From the IMG/VR virus record IMGVR_UViG_3300037126_000152, positions 1 to 39,981 of that record: 39,981 nucleotides of DNA; one strand, 5' to 3'. Each line of letters starts with the position of its first letter. Position 1 is the stretch's first letter. Source of the stretch: a virus (lineage: Duplodnaviria; Caudoviricetes). Shown here in pieces: positions 34,966 to 39,981 of the stretch. The translations under genes were made by a program, and so were the position numbers. The notes below the pieces were generated by a model. That model did no database searches, was not told the origin of the DNA, and was given only the letters and a program-made list of their open reading frames with translations.

Positions 34966-35238
34966 ATGGGGCTGTTACCGAGAAAAATCACGGTTAAACC
35001 GGTACCGCCCCTCACTCTTCGGCGATGGTGGCACGGGGAGTACGCAGGCTGGACGCAGACGCTCGCCATGATACAGGCGTCCAAGGAGCAGTTTCTTGAT
35101 TCATTTTTACACTCGCCAAAAGTAATTTTGGCGGCGGGGGATCGTTTGTCCGCAGTGGAGTTTGGGATTCTTTGGAATCAGGCGGAAGCCAAAATCAGAG
35201 GACTAACGAAGAATTATTATTTGACAGAACATCGATGA
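34966..35238 (+). CDS. Short paralogue of the WWHG..AGW.Q family
   Basis: WWHGEYAGWTQ...GD.L...EFG.L...K.R...KN matches the N-terminal half of the next gene. Confidence 0.6.
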   Translation: MGLLPRKITVKPVPPLTLRRWWHGEYAGWTQTLAMIQASKEQFLDSFLHSPKVILAAGDRLSAVEFGILWNQAEAKIRGLTKNYYLTEHR

Positions 35239-35393
35239 TATGCAATGACCGACAACAAGAGAACGGGATTATGCAACAGGTGACGAAGGGAGGAAAGAAT
35301 ATGAAAAATCTGGTGTATACGCTGCGAGAGTTGCAAAAAATTTATGGGACAAACGGAGGACAAAAACGCAACCATAATACAAAGGAAAATACG

Positions 35394-36149
35394 ATGAATA
35401 CGATGAGCACGATGGAAAGCGCAATCTACACCATGGAAGAAGCGCTGGAGGTGTGTGAAATGCTGGCTTCGGAAGAATATGGCCGACATAGAGTCGTAGG
35501 GTTGGTGGGTCCAAGAAGCGCCGGATCTAATCCGTGGTGGCACGGCACCTATGCCGGGTGGACACAGGCAGGAAGGTGTCTGCGATTGTACAACAAGCAG
35601 ATCGGCTTCAACGGAGTTCATGCTCTGGAGGTCCTTCTTTGGGTTGGGGATAGTTTGGGATGGGCAGAGTTTGGGTGGCTACACTACATAGCAGACAAAA
35701 AACTTCGGACTGTGAATAAAAACTGGGAAGAAGCGCAAGGAATGGGCCTGCGAAGCCTCTGCGTAAACGATTACCCTCTTCATGGAGGGGTTCTTCAGAC
35801 GGATGCATCGCTAGAATGGGACGTGGACCATGGTCCCTACGAAGAAGAATCGGGAGAACTCCCATGGAGTATGCCATGGGATTGGTATGGACGCGGTCCC
35901 GAGAGAGGCACCATTTTCTCTTGTTACGAAAAAGGAAGTTTCGGGGAACGGTACCGAAACTTCATGGTGAAGGAAGTAAAAGCTGAGCATAAGTCGAGCA
36001 ATCAGGAGAAGGTGACATATGACCTTCGGGTGGTTCCTGTCCTAGTACACGACCGAGCTTTTTGGGCATGCAACGCGCTGCGTCCGGAGGATGTAGCCGT
36101 GTGCGGATTGCCACGCAACATCACGTTAACCGTAACCCGGGAAGGGTAG
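35394..36149 (+). CDS. hypothetical protein, WWHG..AGW.Q family
   Basis: AAAGGA RBS (in-frame alternative start at 35301 also has a strong RBS); paralogous to both neighbours. Confidence 0.75.
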   Translation: MNTMSTMESAIYTMEEALEVCEMLASEEYGRHRVVGLVGPRSAGSNPWWHGTYAGWTQAGRCLRLYNKQIGFNGVHALEVLLWVGDSLGWAEFGWLHYIADKKLRTVNKNWEEAQGMGLRSLCVNDYPLHGGVLQTDASLEWDVDHGPYEEESGELPWSMPWDWYGRGPERGTIFSCYEKGSFGERYRNFMVKEVKAEHKSSNQEKVTYDLRVVPVLVHDRAFWACNALRPEDVAVCGLPRNITLTVTREG

Positions 36150-36154
36150 AAGGA

Positions 36155-36916
36155 ATGAGCAAATTAAAAGGCGGCTGCTTTTCGATGGACGAGGCCGAAT
36201 CACTATGCCTCTCCCGTGAGGGTGCCGGCGATTTCAGGCGATCGGTATACGTGTCGTCCTCTTATTTCCACGGACCGGTCGCAGGTTGGGGGCAGGCGGG
36301 ACGGATGGTGTGGGTGCATCGGAGGCTGGTGCGTCCGGAACATGAAGTCTATTTATCCTGGGGAACGAGGGTTTGTTCCCTGGCAGAATTTGGGACTCGC
36401 TGGTGGAGAGTAGAAGAGTACCTGCGGGAGCTGGACGAACGCGGAAGGGAATGGTATCAAGACCCCGCGCGGAATTTACAAATGACAGGGTACCCCCCGC
36501 AAGGAGGGGTTCTCCAAACAGATGCGAGATTAGCGGAAAGAATGAAACACCAATATGAAGAAGCGCTGGAAAATCTTCGGTGGATAAAACCGTGTCCATA
36601 TGCCCACTGGCCGCATCACAGAGGATGCGGTCCAGTGGAAGGGACTATCTTTTCGGTCCAAAAAGATGGTAGTGATCAGCGGGAAAATTTCATTTTGGAA
36701 GACCTCCAAGAGGTAGCTTGGGAGTATAAGAACAGGGAACATTATCCACGTCGTCCTACTATGATTTATAAGATGCGGGCAACGCCGATTTTGATACACG
36801 ATCCGTGCATCTGGGAAAATCGTCAAAAACCGTACGAAGATGGGAGTATTTCTCGCTGTGGGCCGACAAGAGAGATCAACCTCCGTATAACTGGTTATAT
36901 GGAGTATGGAATATGA
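36155..36916 (+). CDS. hypothetical protein, WWHG..AGW.Q family
   Basis: Shares HG..AGW.QAGR, AEFG, YP..GGVLQTDA.L, G.GP..GTIFS, P.L.HD...W, CG..R.I.L with the upstream gene. Confidence 0.78.
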   Translation: MSKLKGGCFSMDEAESLCLSREGAGDFRRSVYVSSSYFHGPVAGWGQAGRMVWVHRRLVRPEHEVYLSWGTRVCSLAEFGTRWWRVEEYLRELDERGREWYQDPARNLQMTGYPPQGGVLQTDARLAERMKHQYEEALENLRWIKPCPYAHWPHHRGCGPVEGTIFSVQKDGSDQRENFILEDLQEVAWEYKNREHYPRRPTMIYKMRATPILIHDPCIWENRQKPYEDGSISRCGPTREINLRITGYMEYGI

Positions 36917-37272
36917 GAAAAAGGCGGTCGCAGCGCACGGCGCGGGGTGGACGTTCTCCCCTCTTTCGGCTGAAAGGCAACCATTTTCTGTATGAGGAAG
37001 AGGGCCGACGTGATCTGAGTCTTTGGGCCGCAGTCATCAAGCAAGCGAAGCGGGACATGGAATCACTCAACGGTCCGGTCGGCCAGAAGCGCCCACGGGC
37101 ACTATTTGTGAGTGAAGCACGAGATCTGCTCACGTGGCTGGGAGGGCCTGTAAGTGAGGTGGGGAGTCTGGCATTCATATGCCAGGAATTGAACGTAGAT
37201 TATGACTATATCAGGAAAGCCTTGTGGGAACAAGGTTTTAAAGACCTAAAGGATAAATTAAGTGCGCGATAA
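36913..37272 (+). CDS. Conserved phage hypothetical protein
   Basis: ATGA coupling; LWAAVI.QA..D...A..WL......IC..L..D..YIR pattern recurrent in phage proteins. Confidence 0.7.
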   Translation: MRKRRSQRTARGGRSPLFRLKGNHFLYEEEGRRDLSLWAAVIKQAKRDMESLNGPVGQKRPRALFVSEARDLLTWLGGPVSEVGSLAFICQELNVDYDYIRKALWEQGFKDLKDKLSAR

Positions 37273-37480
37273 AACAGGAATTGAAACCGAAACTAACGAA
37301 AAGCTGCTGACCCCCCCAGAAGTGGCCCAATGGCTTCGGGTGACGGTACAGACTTTGGCCAATTGGCGAGCGGGGTCTAAAGCACCTGCCAGAGGGCCTC
37401 GGTTTGTTAAGGTAGGACGATGCGTTCGATATCGTAGAGTCGATGTGGTGGAATACATCCAGACCGGAGGAAGCTTATGA
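37262..37480 (+). CDS. Helix-turn-helix DNA-binding protein (excisionase/AlpA/HTH_17-like)
   Basis: LLTPPEVAQWLRVTVQTLANWR...GPRFVKVGRCVRYRR.DV. Confidence 0.88.
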   Translation: MRDKTGIETETNEKLLTPPEVAQWLRVTVQTLANWRAGSKAPARGPRFVKVGRCVRYRRVDVVEYIQTGGSL

Positions 37481-37674
37481 AAGGGGGGACTCAACAAACC
37501 GAAGAAGTGTTGAAATGGGTTGATCGGGTATTAAACAAATTCTTCCATCCGGACCAACTAGACCCGGCGGGTCCCATTTGGGAAGAGCACCGGCGCGTAC
37601 TGCGAGAGCATGAAAAAACTTCGGCGCGGTTTTTTGAAGATGCGGGGTTCAGAAAAAAAAATGATGAAGGGTGA
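37477..37674 (+). CDS. hypothetical protein
   Basis: GGAGG RBS and ATGA overlap; ends inside the repeated promoter element. Confidence 0.6.
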   Translation: MKGGTQQTEEVLKWVDRVLNKFFHPDQLDPAGPIWEEHRRVLREHEKTSARFFEDAGFRKKNDEG

Positions 37675-37713
37675 TTTTTTGGGTTGACGGATGAGGTTGG
37701 AGTAGGATAAGCT
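37656..37713 (+). promoter_or_regulatory. Repeated early-promoter element, copy 2
   Basis: AAAAAATGATGAAGGGTGATTTTTTGGGTTGACG then TAAGCT at 18-nt spacing. Confidence 0.7.
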
Positions 37714-37738
37714 TACCTCAACATCAACGAACGAATAA

Positions 37739-38011
37739 ATGGAGACGGACATGAGCTTTAACACCAATACCGACACCGTTGAGTACCCCGTATTTCTCCT
37801 GGATACAGGAGAAGATTACGTAGAGGTTCGTAGCTATCCGGACGGGGAGTATAAACAGATTGGGGTGGCCTCGGCTTTGGAAGACGCCATACAAATGGCG
37901 GAATCGGAGGGAGAAGTTCTCATCGAAGATGCTCCTCACGAGCTGTCCGGTAACGATGACGATGACGACCGGGCTTTCTTTATCTGCGTGGAACCCCGGG
38001 ACAACGTGTAG
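37739..38011 (+). CDS. Acidic hypothetical protein, single-domain paralogue of the origin-spanning gene
   Basis: YPVFLLDT.ED.VEVR...IGVA..LEDAI..AE..GE...H...AFFICV. Confidence 0.75.
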   Translation: METDMSFNTNTDTVEYPVFLLDTGEDYVEVRSYPDGEYKQIGVASALEDAIQMAESEGEVLIEDAPHELSGNDDDDDRAFFICVEPRDNV

Positions 38012-38049
38012 GAGGGTATGAAACCTGTTCCGGAGGGAAATGTACCTCA

Positions 38050-38123
38050 CAAAAAATGATGTGGAGTGATTTTTTCGATTGACGATAGAATAACCGGGGA
38101 AGTATACTTATTCTATCGTCAAT
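38050..38123 (+). promoter_or_regulatory. Repeated early-promoter element, copy 3, embedded in a perfect 16-bp inverted repeat
   Basis: TTGACG-18 nt-TATACT; ATTGACGATAGAATAA (38078-38093) / TTATTCTATCGTCAAT (38108-38123). Confidence 0.8.
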
Positions 38124-38307
38124 GAATGAACGGCTGAAGGGGATTAAGATGACACACGCGGATCCGGAAAAAATCTGTTCGAAACAGGATTCCGAACGAG
38201 AAACGGAAGATTGGCCGCTAGGAGGGACGCCCGAGTGGAACAGGCATCGGGGACAATTAAGTAGCGGAACATAAGCATTCCATGGGCTAGGACTCGATCC
38301 GCCTCAT

Positions 38308-38335
38308 CCCCGCTCGAAAAAAAAATCGAGCGGGG
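38308..38335. other. GC-rich stem-loop
   Basis: CCCCGCTCGA-A8-TCGAGCGGGG; no U-tract in either transcription direction. Confidence 0.55.
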
Positions 38336-38346
38336 CGAAAAAAAAG

Positions 38347-38375
38347 TTGCACTCCTGGTGATGTTCGAGTATGAT
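38347..38375 (+). promoter_or_regulatory. Sigma70-type promoter
   Basis: A-tract, TTGCAC-17 nt-TATGAT, about 40 nt before ATG 38415. Confidence 0.55.
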
Positions 38376-38414
38376 GTACCCATATTAAAGAACACAACAC
38401 AACAGGAGGCAAGA

Positions 38415-38684
38415 ATGAGGAAAGCGGTCAAAACCATCACCATCCAAGTGGATGAAGACGGAAATGAAATCTCCAGGACCGAAGAGCTGATCCCGGAGGG
38501 GCCACCAAAAAAATTCACCCTAACCGCACACCTCCGAGTAAAAAAGAAGTTTACCATCGAAGCCCGAACAGAGAGGGAGGCAGAATTGCTCCTCCTCGAT
38601 CTACTGGAGAACAAAAGGGAACAACTAAACTGGAGGGGCTGGAAGGCAATGGTTGAAACCGCTGAAATCCTCGACTACGAATGA
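38415..38684 (+). CDS. hypothetical protein
   Basis: AGGAGG RBS before MRKAVK; ATGA coupling to the next gene. Confidence 0.7.
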   Translation: MRKAVKTITIQVDEDGNEISRTEELIPEGPPKKFTLTAHLRVKKKFTIEARTEREAELLLLDLLENKREQLNWRGWKAMVETAEILDYE

Positions 38685-39055
38685 GGAGCAGAACAGGCAA
38701 GCGGTTTGTTCGGTTTCGGGCATGGTTGGATAAAATAGCCGGACAGGGCGGACCCTTGACCGCCATTCACTTCGTCAAGGTTTCCGCCCATACGGGAAAT
38801 GCCTCAGCCTGCCTCTATGGGGGATTTGTGGCTATGCTCATTACGTGGGCGGAGGAAAAAGGCATTCCCTACCAGGGTGTGCCGGTTGGAACGATCAAGA
38901 AACACGCCACTGGCAATGGCAATGCCAACAAGCAGGCCGTGATCCAGGCGATGTGGGATAAGGGTCATGACCCGAGCGACGCTGATGAAGCGTTCGCCCT
39001 AGCGCTGATGAGGTATATTTTAGGCGCGGAAGTAATGGATACCACTGAAACCTAG
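38681..39055 (+). CDS. N-terminally truncated, degenerate phage RuvC-like resolvase
   Basis: RF.RFR.WL, H.G..A...YGG, IPYQGVPVGTIKKHATG.GNA.K..VI; lacks the N-terminal LALD strand, and EEV/NEADA read VKV/DEAFA. Confidence 0.75.
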   Translation: MRSRTGKRFVRFRAWLDKIAGQGGPLTAIHFVKVSAHTGNASACLYGGFVAMLITWAEEKGIPYQGVPVGTIKKHATGNGNANKQAVIQAMWDKGHDPSDADEAFALALMRYILGAEVMDTTET

Positions 39056-39073
39056 AGGGACTGGGTATCATGA

Positions 39074-39442
39074 ATGAACAGCACGAACATACACGGGGAC
39101 CCTGGATCGTCTCCAAGCATAGGGACGGATCGGGGGGGGTTCTTAATCCTCGACTCAGGAAATGTGATTAGAGCAGAAACATATGGATGCAAAATACCGG
39201 GCCGTGAAGAAGCAAATGCTGCTTTGCTGGCCGCTGCGCCGGATCTATTGGGTGCATTGGAAGAATATGTAGATGAAGTGGAAAGGCGACAGAAGTGTAT
39301 CCGTACATGGCTCGAAGATAAACTTGTCAGTCGCCAGCCCAAACGACTGTATCTCAAAGCCAAAGCCGCAATCTCAAGGGCGAAGCGAAAAGTTGATGAT
39401 AATTACTGGTATAAAAAATCAAACGGCATTATAGGGGGATGA
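39074..39442 (+). CDS. Conserved phage hypothetical protein
   Basis: EANAALLAAAPDLL.ALE...A.AAI.RA motif widespread in phage early genes. Confidence 0.7.
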   Translation: MNSTNIHGDPGSSPSIGTDRGGFLILDSGNVIRAETYGCKIPGREEANAALLAAAPDLLGALEEYVDEVERRQKCIRTWLEDKLVSRQPKRLYLKAKAAISRAKRKVDDNYWYKKSNGIIGG

Positions 39443-39711
39443 CAATGAACGGAAAGACTGGAGAGTTAGGTGATGTGTCGGTTCAAAACGGAGAACAGCT
39501 AATCCGATTCGTCGATCGCATTGAGCGCCTGGAAGAAGAGAAGCAAGACATCACCGCCGGCATTCGGGACGTCTATAAAGAAGCCAAAGATACCGGATTC
39601 GACCCCAAGGTGATACGTCAGATTGTTCGTCTTCGCAAGATGGATCAGAACGATGTGAATAAGCAGGAGATGATGCTGCAACTCTACAAACAAGCGTTAG
39701 GTATGTGGTAG
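39439..39711 (+). CDS. gapR: GapR/DUF2312 family nucleoid-associated DNA-binding protein
   Basis: QL..FV.RIERLEEEK..I...I.DVY.EAK..GFDPKVIRQIVRLRK.D......E..L.LY..ALGM. Confidence 0.92.
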   Translation: MTMNGKTGELGDVSVQNGEQLIRFVDRIERLEEEKQDITAGIRDVYKEAKDTGFDPKVIRQIVRLRKMDQNDVNKQEMMLQLYKQALGMW

Positions 39712-39750
39712 GTTGGATATGTGGTAGCACAACAAAAGGGAGGTCCTTCA

Positions 39751-39981
39751 ATGGGATGCGCAGAGGATGTAATACGACAAGCAGGAAAATTCCCCGTTCA
39801 TGTGTTTGATACCGACGCAGATGGGGACGTAGAGCTTCGAATGGAGGACGGACAAAAGGTCTGCTGCTTGGGTTACGCAACCGATCTAAAAGAAGCAATA
39901 GCCCTGGCAGAGGCTCTCGGAGAAGAGCCTGTGGCAAACGTGGACCATTGCGACGCCGCGTCTAACGATGGGGCATTCTAT
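39751..39981 (+). CDS. 5' part of the origin-spanning hypothetical protein (continues to 496)
   Basis: AGGGAGG RBS, MGCAEDVIRQAGKFPVHVFDTDADGDVELR... open through the window end and in frame with 14..496. Confidence 0.8.
   Translation, partial: MGCAEDVIRQAGKFPVHVFDTDADGDVELRMEDGQKVCCLGYATDLKEAIALAEALGEEPVANVDHCDAASNDGAFY
39855..39981. repeat. Terminal direct repeat, copy 2
   Basis: Identical to 1-127. Confidence 0.95.

Noticed and set aside
38124-38340. Possible tRNA in the structured intergenic stretch
   Set aside because: GTTCGAAAC resembles a T-loop but no acceptor, D or anticodon arms could be built.
39855-39981. 127-bp terminal direct repeat as a biological DTR
   Set aside because: Length equals a common assembler k-mer and it falls in the middle of an ORF; best read as circular overlap.
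1-39981. Alternative genetic code, introns or inteins
   Set aside because: Core genes (TerL, PolA, MCP, TMP, helicase) are full-length under code 11 with normal sizes, and all three stop codons are used.

Overview
This window is an apparently complete, circularly assembled genome (39,854 bp plus a 127-bp terminal overlap) of a tailed dsDNA phage with a non-contractile tail and an HK97-type head. No integrase, CI-type repressor, primase, tRNA or CRISPR array could be recognised. Transcription diverges from an AT-rich locus at ~29.2-29.9 kb that holds a large inverted repeat and iteron-like repeats, and converges on a bidirectional terminator at ~710. The minus arm carries replication/recombination genes (PD-(D/E)XK nuclease, AAA_24/Sak4-like ATPase, SSB, UDG-like::PolA fusion, ThyX, Dda/RecD-like helicase), packaging, tail and head genes. 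The plus arm carries a DUF3987 ATPase, neck genes interleaved with an orphan NrdJb and DUF3310, and an early region of small paralogous genes, a degenerate RuvC and a GapR homologue. The most unusual observations are a circularly permuted Sak4/AAA_24 ATPase (Walker A at the C-terminus), a PolA with His at the 762-equivalent position and other finger/palm substitutions, NrdJb without NrdJa, a scrambled morphogenesis gene order, two repeated promoter classes and two locally expanded families of unknown proteins. All product calls come from motif recognition by eye, not database searches.
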